From assembly GCA_964565725.1 (NCBI GenBank), contig CAZMGA010000006.1, positions 1-32,000 on the forward strand: 32,000 nucleotides of DNA, written 5' to 3'. The DNA comes from an uncultured archaeon. Lineage in GTDB: Archaea; Iainarchaeota; Iainarchaeia; Iainarchaeales; 0-14-0-20-30-16. The position numbers and the translations under genes were made by a program. The notes beneath the pieces were generated by a model. It was not told the origin of the DNA and ran no database searches. It was given only the letters and a program-made list of their open reading frames with translations. This document shows, one piece after another, positions 1-8,305 of the stretch (positions are counted from its first letter, which is position 1; each line of letters starts with the position of its first letter).

Positions 1-1792
1 GAGTGCGTAACAGCTCACCTTTCTAGATAAAGGGCGCCAAAAATATACGGGACTAAAGCTAACTACCGATACCTTACAAAACGTAGAATTACGTTATTTG
101 ATAGACAGGTGTCCGCATAGGGTAGAAGCTGGGTCGTAAGATCCAGTGGACCTGTGTGGAATATGGATCCTCGCGGTAGTAGTAAAATGAAGAGTGAGAA
201 TCTCTTCCGCCGAAAGGGCCAGGGTTCCTTAGCGCTGATATTCAACTAAGGGTTAGTCGATCCTAAGTTCCATCGTAATACGATTAAGAACGAAAGGGAA
301 ACAGGTTCATATTCCTGTACCATATAAGTATGTTTCTGGTAACAAAAGGGTTCCATTTGACAGATCTAACTAGGAAGAGTGTCCTTGTCTGGGCATTTAA
401 GTCTTATACAAGCTTGGAGTGTTGTAATGACGAGAAGAGCTTTAAAGAGGTTATGAGGCGCAAGCTTTTTCTGAGGTTAGGTTTCAATGAAAAGAATGGT
501 ATCAAAAATCTTATATGATCGTACCGATATCCGGGAATGGTGCCCCTGGTTTAAAAGACCAAGGCGAAGCGGAATAAACTAGTTAAGGGAATTCGGCAAA
601 TTAGCCCCGTATCTTCGGTATAAGGGGTGCCTATGATTGTGTAAATCGTAGGTGACACTAACAAAGGGGGTCCGACTGTTTAGCAAAAACGTAGATCTCT
701 GCAAGTCTGTAAAGATTAGTATAGAGGTCGACTCCTGCCCACTGCCAGTACGTGAAAAACCGGTTCAACGGTTCTAAGCGCTGGTAAAGAGCGGACCTAA
801 CTCTGAGGTTCTTAAGGTAGCGTAATACCTTGTCGGTTAAATGCCGACTTGCACCAACGGAGTAACGAGATCCCCACTGTCCCTAACTAGCATCCGACGA
901 ACACACTTTGTGGTGAATATGCCACATAATCCCAAAGGGAGGCTAAGACCCCACGGAACTTTACCACAATCTGATATTGTTTTGTGATTTTTTCTGTGCA
1001 GTATAGGTAGTAGTTTTCGAAGCAGTTTCGCTAGGAATTGTGGAGACGAAATTTGAAATACTACCCTGGAGAGATTACAAAACTCACCTCGAGAGAGGGA
1101 CATTTTTAGAGTTGGTGGTTGGACTGGGGCGGTACTCCCCTGAAAAGGTATCAGGGGAGCTCAATGGTCTGCTCAGGAGTGTTAGAAACACTCTTTAGAG
1201 TGCAAAGGCAAAAGCAGGCTTGACAGTGTTTCGCACAGTAAGAAACGCTGATACGAAAGTAGGACTTAGCGAGCGTTAGTACGCTGTTTCTGAGCGTCTA
1301 GTCTGACAGTGAAGCTATCCTGGGGGTAACTGATTTGTCGCGAGCAAGAGTACATATTGACCTCGCGGTTTGATACCTCGCTGTCGGCTTATGGCATCCT
1401 GGTTGTGCACAAGCAGCCAAGGGTGGAGGGGTTAACTCATTAAAGCCGTACATTAGCTGGGTTAAGAACGGTGCGAGCCAGTTTGTTTGATATCTTTTGG
1501 GATTGTTGATTGTCTGAGGGGAAGATCCATTTAGTACGAAAGGAACAGTGGGTCGTGGCCTCTAGTGTACCTGTTGTCTGACAAGGCATTGCAGGGTAGC
1601 CACGCCATAGCAGATAAGTGCTGAAAGCATCTAAGCACGAAGTTGTCCCTAAAAATAGACAGTTACTCACAAAATCGCAAGATGGAGTGACTACTTCTCC
1701 CGTAGAACACGGGTTTGATAGGTTAGGAGTGTAAGTAAGAAGCTTTACTGCGACTTATTCAGCTTACTAATACTAATTGAGGTAGGATTTAA
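1..1792 (+). rRNA. 23S ribosomal RNA, 3' portion (5' end outside window)
   Basis: Conserved LSU rRNA segments: GAGTGCGTAACAGCTCAC near 1, GGTTCTTAAGGTAGCG near 808, GACTGGGGCGGTACTCCCCTGAAAAGGTATC near 1120, GTACGAAAGGAACAG near 1535, and a terminal domain ending near TACTAATTGAGG. Length is close to that expected for the E. coli ~1085-2904 equivalent, so no large intron. The 3' end is approximate. Confidence 0.97.
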
Positions 1793-1935
1793 ATATATAA
1801 AAACTTATTAAGGATTTTAAAAGACAAATTTTGGTCAAAACTATAACTTAAGTAATAATTTTAGAGATTTTTCTATTTTTTTAAATAATATAATAATTTA
1901 TAAAATAATACTTTTAAATAATACATTTAATTGTT

Positions 1936-2589
1936 TTGTTCAAACATAAATATAAATTTAATTATTATATTATTAATATTTTTATATTTATTAAATTTTT
2001 ATTTTTAAATATAACAGTACAATTTTTTTTATTTTTTTTAATGATAGGTATACCATTTTGGGCTGAATATTATTTATTTTTAAAAAATAAAAAGAAAAAA
2101 ATATTTAGTAAAAAACAAATCATTCTTTTTTTAAATAATTTTATTGAAAAATATAACTTTAAAAATTTTAATTTTAAAATTTTTTTGAATGCTATTTTTA
2201 TTGGTTTAATATTGTTTTTAATTAATGTATTATTTTCTACTTTTGCATATTATTTACCAATAGGGGATTTAGAAAACATATCTAATAATTTATTTAATGA
2301 TTTTTTAATTAATCCTTTATTAATGATTTTATATTTATTTATTTTGGCATTTGCTGAAGAATTTTTCTTTAGATTATTTTTAACAACTTATTCTGGTATT
2401 TGGATATCTTCTTTAATTTTTGCTTTATTACATTTTTCATATAATTCTTTTTTTGAAATTATTGGTGCTTTTATATTAGGTTTAATATTAGCAAAAACTT
2501 GGAAAAAAACAAATAATTTTTATGTTGTTTGGATAGCCCATTTTTTACAAAACTTGTTAGTTATTATATGTTTTTTTATTTTTAAATAG
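1936..2589 (+). CDS. CPBP-family (CAAX prenyl protease / Abi-like) intramembrane metalloprotease
   Basis: Multi-TM 217 aa ORF with AEEFFFR, FALLHF and WIAHFLQN motifs, typical of the EExxxR / FxxxH / HxxxN signature. Confidence 0.85.
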   Translation: MFKHKYKFNYYIINIFIFIKFLFLNITVQFFLFFLMIGIPFWAEYYLFLKNKKKKIFSKKQIILFLNNFIEKYNFKNFNFKIFLNAIFIGLILFLINVLFSTFAYYLPIGDLENISNNLFNDFLINPLLMILYLFILAFAEEFFFRLFLTTYSGIWISSLIFALLHFSYNSFFEIIGAFILGLILAKTWKKTNNFYVVWIAHFLQNLLVIICFFIFK

Positions 2590-2602
2590 TATATTATAAA
2601 AA

Positions 2603-2725
2603 TTATCTTAATTCTGAAAAATCTTTGCTTTTTTTACTTTTTAAATTCTTAGGCAAAGTATTTAAAATTCTTTGAGAATTATTTTTATAATTTTTTTTTG
2701 AAACAATTTCATGTTTTGTAAACAT
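2603..2725 (-). CDS. Possible 40 aa basic small protein (MFTKHEIVSKKNYKNNSQRILNTLPKNLKSKKSKDFSELR)
   Basis: Open frame from ATG to TAA on the minus strand that fills the gap between neighbouring genes; below the length cutoff of the ORF track. Confidence 0.3.
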   Translation of the reverse strand: MFTKHEIVSKKNYKNNSQRILNTLPKNLKSKKSKDFSELR

Positions 2726-2783
2726 ACCATAATAAGAAAAAAAAGTTTATATATTATTATCTTTTCAGAATGAAAAGATTAAA

Positions 2784-3137
2784 TTATAATTTAATCATTT
2801 TCAAATCTTTAATAACAGGTATTTCCCATTTTTCTTTTTGTGTTGCTTTTACTATTGATACTATAATTACAACTACGAAAAAACACCATATTATTGCAAA
2901 TATAATTCCAAAAATTCCAAAAGTTAGTTTTGTTAATATAGCACTTATAAAAGACAAAATTATTTCTAATAAAAATAGATTTAGTCCTTGTTCTAAATGG
3001 AATTTAATAAATTCTGTTTTTTCTTTATTTGATATTATTAATAAAGGAATTAACACTAAAAAACCTAAATAGGATAAAATTGCAGTCATAAGTTCATTAT
3101 TGCTTAATTCTTTTGATTCATTTTTTTTAGTAACCAT
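2784..3137 (-). CDS. DUF4870/Tic20-like small membrane protein
   Basis: 117 aa with the pattern FHLEQGLNLFLLEI followed by two hydrophobic helices, resembling the DUF4870 'FHxxQGL' signature. Confidence 0.6.
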   Translation of the reverse strand: MVTKKNESKELSNNELMTAILSYLGFLVLIPLLIISNKEKTEFIKFHLEQGLNLFLLEIILSFISAILTKLTFGIFGIIFAIIWCFFVVVIIVSIVKATQKEKWEIPVIKDLKMIKL

Positions 3138-3236
3138 AAATATACCTCTTAAAATATTAATATAATATTTAAAAGATATTTAAATATCTTTTGTTTTTAT
3201 ATTTGTATAATTTATTCTTTAATTTTATGTGATAAT

Positions 3237-4223
3237 ATGAAATATATTTTAGGTATAGAAAGTACAGCACATACTTTTGGTATAGGTATTGTAAATGATA
3301 AAAAAGAAATTTTAGCAAATATTAGAGATACTTTGACTGTAGAACAAGGTGGTTTTTTACCGAGAGATGCTGCTGAACATCATTATAATTTGGCAGTTAG
3401 TTTATTAGAAAAAGCTTTGGATACTGCAAAAATTAAATTAAAGGATATATCTTTAATTTCTTTTTCTCAAAGCCCTGGAATTGGACAATGTTTACAAGTA
3501 GGTGCAAATTTTGCAAGATATTTATCATTAATTACAAATAAGCCAATTATAGGTGTAAATCACTGTTTAGCCCATATAGAAATAGGTAAAATAACTACTG
3601 ATTTAAAAGATCCTTTAACTATTTTTGTTTCTGGCGCAAATACTCAAATAATTGCTTACAAAAATAAGAAATACAGAATTTATGGTGAAACTTTAGATAT
3701 TGGTTTAGGAAATGCTTTAGATCAGTTTGGTAGAGCATTAAATATTGGTTTTCCGGCAGGTCCTGTTTTAGATAAAAAATATTTTTTAGGTGAAAATTAT
3801 ATTGATTTGCCTTATACTGTAAAAGGTATGGATTTGGCTTTTTGTGGAATTTTAACTTCTGCAAAATTAAAAATTGGAAAAGTAAATGAAAATGATTTAA
3901 TATTTAGTTATTTGCATACTTTGTATTCTATGCTTTTGGAAGTTGTAGAAAGAGCTGTATATTATGCCAAAAAAAAAGAAATAATGGTTGTTGGAGGAGT
4001 TGCAGCATCAAAAGCATTAAGACAAATGTTAGAATCTCTAGTTGAACAGAGAAATTTAAAATTAGGTTTTGTGCCTTTAGAGTTTGCTGGTGATAATGGC
4101 GCAATGATTGCTTGGCAAGGTTATTTACAATATTATAAAGCTAATGAAAGATTAGAATATGCTGATTTGAAAGTAGACCCTTACAAAAGATTAGATTCAA
4201 TTAAAATTAATTATATAAAATAG
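3237..4223 (+). CDS. kae1: tRNA N6-adenosine threonylcarbamoyltransferase, KEOPS catalytic subunit Kae1
   Basis: GIESTAHTFGIGIV, GGFLPRDAAEHH, NHCLAHIEIG, FVSGANTQI, GFPAGP and GGVAASKALR motifs. Confidence 0.97.
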   Translation: MKYILGIESTAHTFGIGIVNDKKEILANIRDTLTVEQGGFLPRDAAEHHYNLAVSLLEKALDTAKIKLKDISLISFSQSPGIGQCLQVGANFARYLSLITNKPIIGVNHCLAHIEIGKITTDLKDPLTIFVSGANTQIIAYKNKKYRIYGETLDIGLGNALDQFGRALNIGFPAGPVLDKKYFLGENYIDLPYTVKGMDLAFCGILTSAKLKIGKVNENDLIFSYLHTLYSMLLEVVERAVYYAKKKEIMVVGGVAASKALRQMLESLVEQRNLKLGFVPLEFAGDNGAMIAWQGYLQYYKANERLEYADLKVDPYKRLDSIKINYIK

Positions 4224-4748
4224 CATATTCTTTTTTGTTTTTCTTTTTTATTTCTGATTTTGTTAAACCATCTAATTCGTGAGGAAATACTAGCCATGCT
4301 TTTGTTTTATGTAAATAAAAATCTGGACTTATATTTGTTATATTTTTGCTAGGTTTGTAATAAATTGTAGCTATTTTTAAATTAGGATTTTTTTTAGATT
4401 CTTTAATTTTATTAACTATTACATTTAATGTTTTTCCAGAATCAAAAATATCATCAACAATTAATAATTTTGTTTTAGAATTTAATTTTTTTATTAAATC
4501 TGGAAATTCCTCTATTTTTATTTTAGTTTGATTATTTATACCTCTGTATGATTCTGTTCTTATTGCTTTATGAAATTTTATATCTTTTCCTGCATATCTA
4601 AATAACTCGTGAATTACTATTCCTACAGGTGTACCTCCTCTTCACAAAGCAATTAAGATATCTGGAACATAATTAGAATCTAATATTTTTTTGCTAATTT
4701 TAAAGATTTTAAATATAAATTATTTGCACTAATAAATTTTTTTTCCAT
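4207..4748 (-). pseudogene. Phosphoribosyltransferase-domain gene (purine PRTase-like) with one frameshift and one in-frame TGA
   Basis: Manual minus-strand translation gives MEKKFISANNLYLKSLKLAKK / (frameshift at the A7 run, 4685-4691) / ILDSNYVPDILIAL[TGA]RGGTPVGIVIHELFRYAGKDIKFHKAIRTESYRGI...KLLIVDDIFDSGKTLNVIVNKI... The VDDIFDSGKT segment matches the PRPP-binding loop. TGA at 4642-4644 falls where relatives commonly read xLWRGGTPVG. Confidence 0.8.
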
Positions 4749-4798
4749 ATATTATATACATCTTATTTATTAATATTTTTGTTGTTATTATTATTTAT

Positions 4799-5359
4799 AT
4801 GCCTTCAAAAACGCCTACAAGTGTTAAAAAACCAAGAGTTAAAAATCCTAACACTACTTTAAAAAGAACTGTAGGAAAAATGACTCCTGAAAGATTAAGA
4901 GAATTAGAAAAAATTGTTTCACTAGAAAAAGCTAAAAGACAAATAAGAAAACAAAAAAGAGTTGAGTTTTTAGAATCTTTAAAAAAAGGAAATACTACTT
5001 TAACTCCTGATCAAATATCTGAACTGGAAATGTTAGAAAAGGAAGAAGATATATCTTCTGGAAGATATAATGAAAGAAGAAAATCTAGAACTCCACCAAA
5101 GACTTCTGAAACTTTAACAATAGATCATTTAAGAGTAATAATGCAAGAAAAGTTAAAAGAATTTGATTTAGAATTTCAAAAACATTCTAATTTAACATCT
5201 GTAGAAAAAGCAAATTTTGCTTTTGATAAAATTTTACAATTAGAAGGGGTTGAAAGATTTTTATCTAATTATCCTGGTCAAGAAGGTATGTTAAAAAAAT
5301 ATATTTTAGTATTTGTAAAAAAACATTATAATTTAGAAATAGAAAAAAATTACGGATGA
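4799..5359 (+). CDS. Hypothetical protein: basic disordered N-terminal tail with helical C-terminal region
   Basis: 186 aa ORF, Lys/Arg/Thr/Pro-rich first ~110 aa, helical C-terminus. Ends at TGA, followed 2 codons later by in-frame TAA. Confidence 0.65.
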   Translation: MPSKTPTSVKKPRVKNPNTTLKRTVGKMTPERLRELEKIVSLEKAKRQIRKQKRVEFLESLKKGNTTLTPDQISELEMLEKEEDISSGRYNERRKSRTPPKTSETLTIDHLRVIMQEKLKEFDLEFQKHSNLTSVEKANFAFDKILQLEGVERFLSNYPGQEGMLKKYILVFVKKHYNLEIEKNYG

Positions 5360-5368
5360 GTGATTTAA

Positions 5369-5818
5369 ATGCCAACTATGCAACCAAGAATTTCTTCAAG
5401 TAATAGTAGAGGTACTAGAACTACTAAAACTTTACATGATGCAAGAAGTGATAGAAGTAAAAGTGCAATTGAAAAAATAAGGAAAAGAAAATCTACAAAA
5501 GCAAAAACTCCTGAGGAATTAAAAAGAGAAAAAGAAATTGAAAGAGCAGTTAAAAAATTTAAATTAGATTTAGATAAAAAAGAAAAAAGATTACTTTCAG
5601 AATGGAAAAAATTAACTGAAAATAAAACTTTTTTGGATTATGTTAAACAATCAATGGAAGATAGCACAACATTAACATATAATTTAACAAAAAGATTAAT
5701 TAATGAAGATTTTAAAGTAATTTTTGAAGGTTTGCCTCTTAAAATTAAAAGAGATTTTTCTAATAAATTATCTAATTTAATATATAATTTTATCAATAAT
5801 TATAGGAATTCTTTATAA
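5369..5818 (+). CDS. Hypothetical protein: basic Ser/Thr/Arg-rich N-terminal tail with helical C-terminal region
   Basis: 149 aa ORF immediately downstream of 4799..5359 with similar overall architecture and an upstream GTGAT ribosome-binding-like motif. Confidence 0.65.
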   Translation: MPTMQPRISSSNSRGTRTTKTLHDARSDRSKSAIEKIRKRKSTKAKTPEELKREKEIERAVKKFKLDLDKKEKRLLSEWKKLTENKTFLDYVKQSMEDSTTLTYNLTKRLINEDFKVIFEGLPLKIKRDFSNKLSNLIYNFINNYRNSL

Positions 5819-5887
5819 TTAGATATATTTATATGCTTTATTACTTTATTTTATAAATTAAATAATATTTAAATTGAAGGTGATTTA

Positions 5888-6253
5888 ATGGTAGGTATAT
5901 TTGAAGTAGAAACAATAGAATCAAAATGGGTACCTCCTTTTGATAAAAAAATATTGTCAAATATTTATTATGTAAATGAAAATGATTTATTTGATGTTGA
6001 AGAACATATAAATGAAGATGTTTTTGGAGTTGAAAGTTTAAATTCTGATGTGGCTATAATAAAATTTGATAGAAGATTTATTGTAAAAAAAGGAATTTAT
6101 TCATCAAATATGGATATGGTTGGACCTCAAACTATAAAATTACATTTAGGTAAACCTGTAGAATTAAGTTTTATGTGGGGTAGTTTTGGAATAACTAAAA
6201 AAATTACTTATCAAGGTATAGGTAAAGACCAAAATTCAGACAAAAGTGAATAA
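5888..6253 (+). CDS. Conserved-looking hypothetical protein
   Basis: 121 aa ORF with GGTGAT ribosome-binding-like motif immediately upstream of ATG; tightly packed with pth2 downstream. Confidence 0.6.
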   Translation: MVGIFEVETIESKWVPPFDKKILSNIYYVNENDLFDVEEHINEDVFGVESLNSDVAIIKFDRRFIVKKGIYSSNMDMVGPQTIKLHLGKPVELSFMWGSFGITKKITYQGIGKDQNSDKSE

Positions 6254-6601
6254 ATGGAATATAAACAAGCAATAATTATTAGACATGATTTGGGTATGCA
6301 AAAAGGGAAAATAGCTGCCCAAGCATCTCACGCTTCTTTAAGTGCATATTTAGAAGCTTTAAGAATTAGTCCAAAGGTAGTTGAAGATTGGATATCATAT
6401 CAAAAAAAAGTAGTTCTTAAAGTTGAAAATGAAAAACAAATTTTAGATTTATTTATGCAAGTAAAAAAAATATTACCTTGCGCTTTAATAAAGGATGCTG
6501 GTAGAACACAAGTAGAACCAGGAAGTATTACTGCTTTAGGTATTGGGCCAGCATTAGAATGTGAAATTGATAAATATACTAAAGATTTGAAATTATTGTG
6601 A
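6254..6601 (+). CDS. pth2: Peptidyl-tRNA hydrolase, Pth2 family
   Basis: [45 protein letters not shown] and a C-terminal DLKLL, all typical of Pth2. Confidence 0.96.
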   Translation: MEYKQAIIIRHDLGMQKGKIAAQASHASLSAYLEALRISPKVVEDWISYQKKVVLKVENEKQILDLFMQVKKILPCALIKDAGRTQVEPGSITALGIGPALECEIDKYTKDLKLL

Positions 6602-6605
6602 GAAT

Positions 6606-7259
6606 ATGAATTTTTATAATAGGCATAAGATTTATTTTATTTTAATTATAAGTTTACTTTGTATAATTCCTATATTAATATTATACTTTTCTTTTATGTC
6701 ACCAGGATTAAATATTGAAAGTAATTTAAATTTAGATGTTGTACCTAATTTAGATATTAATTTAGAAAATAATTCAAGTCATATTATAGAAAATATAACT
6801 ATTTTAATAAATAATAAATTAGTGAATAAAATTGATGTTTTATATCCCAATGATAAAAACAATTATAATTATTTGATTAACGAAGATAATATAGTTTTAA
6901 CTATTTATTCTAAACAACATAGAGTTTATTCTAGAGAGTATAAGTTAAATAAATCACAATTAAATCAAAATATTTTAGAATATTCTCCAACATATTTTTT
7001 TAATAAAATAAATAAAGTTTCGGATTTTAATTTAGAAATTTGTAATAGTTATAATTCAGAAAATTATGTTGTAGAAATCATTACAGATGGAGAATTAATT
7101 TCAAAAAATGCTAAAAAAGAAGTAAATATTAATAAAGATGAATGTATTAATTTAGAATATAACATAATATTTAATACACAGGGTTCAAAAAAAATTAAAT
7201 TTAAAATTTATAATGATGTTTATGTTAAAGAATTATTAATAAGTGGAAATGTTAATTAG
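6606..7259 (+). CDS. Membrane-anchored extracellular hypothetical protein
   Basis: One N-terminal TM helix then a beta-rich, Asn-rich region in a 217 aa ORF. Confidence 0.6.
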   Translation: MNFYNRHKIYFILIISLLCIIPILILYFSFMSPGLNIESNLNLDVVPNLDINLENNSSHIIENITILINNKLVNKIDVLYPNDKNNYNYLINEDNIVLTIYSKQHRVYSREYKLNKSQLNQNILEYSPTYFFNKINKVSDFNLEICNSYNSENYVVEIITDGELISKNAKKEVNINKDECINLEYNIIFNTQGSKKIKFKIYNDVYVKELLISGNVN

Positions 7260-7267
7260 TGATATTT

Positions 7268-7891
7268 ATGGATGATAAGCAAAAAAGTATTGTTACAATA
7301 ATTCAAAATATGTTATCTCAAGGTGAAAATGCAGATAATATATTATTAAATTTAAAACAAATGGGTGTTCCTGAAGATCAAGCAAAAACATTATTAATGA
7401 TTGCTCAAACAAATACTTTGGCTGTTTTAAAAGGGGAAGTTAAAAATATTGTTTCTGAAGAATTTGATGAAAAATATCCTAACTTTGAAGAAAAGTTAAA
7501 AGAAAACATTAATGATAAAGTAAATAAAACAGAAACTATTATTAAAAAAGAAGTATTTGAAACATTAAATAATAAAACTAAAGAATTTCAAACAGAACAA
7601 CAAAAATATGTTGATAAAATAGTTAATGTGTCTGTTCAACAAGATTCAAAAATACAACAAATTCAAAATAAATTAAATGAATTAGGTTCTAATTATGATA
7701 AATTAGCAATAGGTTCCACAAAATCATTTTTTTATTTAAGAATTGCATCTTTTTGTATAGGTATAATAATTGCTATATTTTTAATATATAAATTATTTAC
7801 TTTAGTACCAGGTTATTCAATAGATTACTTATTATTCTACATAATAGCTGGTTTAATTGCAACTATATTAATAGTATTAGGATTAATGTAA
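7268..7891 (+). CDS. Coiled-coil protein with two C-terminal TM helices, unknown function
   Basis: Long coiled coil followed by FFYLRIASFCIGIIIAIFLIYKLF and YLLFYIIAGLIATILIVLGLM. The track start at 7259 is a GTG; ATG at 7268 (MDDKQ) looks more likely. Confidence 0.65.
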   Translation: MDDKQKSIVTIIQNMLSQGENADNILLNLKQMGVPEDQAKTLLMIAQTNTLAVLKGEVKNIVSEEFDEKYPNFEEKLKENINDKVNKTETIIKKEVFETLNNKTKEFQTEQQKYVDKIVNVSVQQDSKIQQIQNKLNELGSNYDKLAIGSTKSFFYLRIASFCIGIIIAIFLIYKLFTLVPGYSIDYLLFYIIAGLIATILIVLGLM

Positions 7892-7916
7892 AATTAAAAA
7901 TAGGATATTTTTAATC

Positions 7917-8213
7917 CTATTTATATTTTTCAATTAATTCTCTAATTTTAGGTTCAGGATAAGCCCCAACAAACATATCTATAGGTTCTTTGTTTTTATA
8001 AAAAACTACAGTAGGTATAGACATTACTCCTAAATTTTCAGCAATTTGTTGTTCTAGATCTACATTTATTTTAATTAATTTGATTTTATACTCATCACAT
8101 AATTTTTGAAGTACTGGTCCTAATGCCTTACAAGGCCCACACCAATCAGCAAATAAGTCTACTATAATTAAACCAACTTTACTTTGTTCTATTACTTCTT
8201 TATCAAAATCCAT
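7917..8213 (-). CDS. trxA: Thioredoxin
   Basis: 98 aa with DWCGPCKALGPVL... equivalent (FADWCGPCKALGP) and cis-Pro region MSIPTVVFY. Confidence 0.93.
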   Translation of the reverse strand: MDFDKEVIEQSKVGLIIVDLFADWCGPCKALGPVLQKLCDEYKIKLIKINVDLEQQIAENLGVMSIPTVVFYKNKEPIDMFVGAYPEPKIRELIEKYK

Positions 8214-8305
8214 ATTTATCCCTCAATTTATTTTTTTATTATATTTTTATATTATTATATAAATATTTAATAACCCTTTTTATATTTTTGTGTTTGTTTA
8301 TATTT

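Noticed and set aside
63-1670. ORFs 63..245, 330..518, 837..1103 and 1440..1670
   Set aside because: All lie in conserved 23S rRNA sequence; translation is fortuitous.
1-1792. Intron in the 23S rRNA
   Set aside because: Conserved blocks follow one another at expected distances; total length matches the homologous segment.
2770-3072. 100 aa + strand ORF opposite the DUF4870-like gene
   Set aside because: The minus-strand reading gives a credible membrane protein; the plus-strand reading looks like antisense noise.
3619-3864. Antisense ORF inside kae1
   Set aside because: Opposite strand of a well-conserved Kae1 gene.
4642-4644. Global reassignment of UGA to tryptophan
   Set aside because: All long conserved genes (valS, glyS, mcm, ftsZ, AMP phosphorylase) are uninterrupted and use TGG for Trp. 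In an AT-rich genome with reassigned UGA, many internal TGA codons would be expected. The single PRTase TGA is better explained as decay, error or local recoding.
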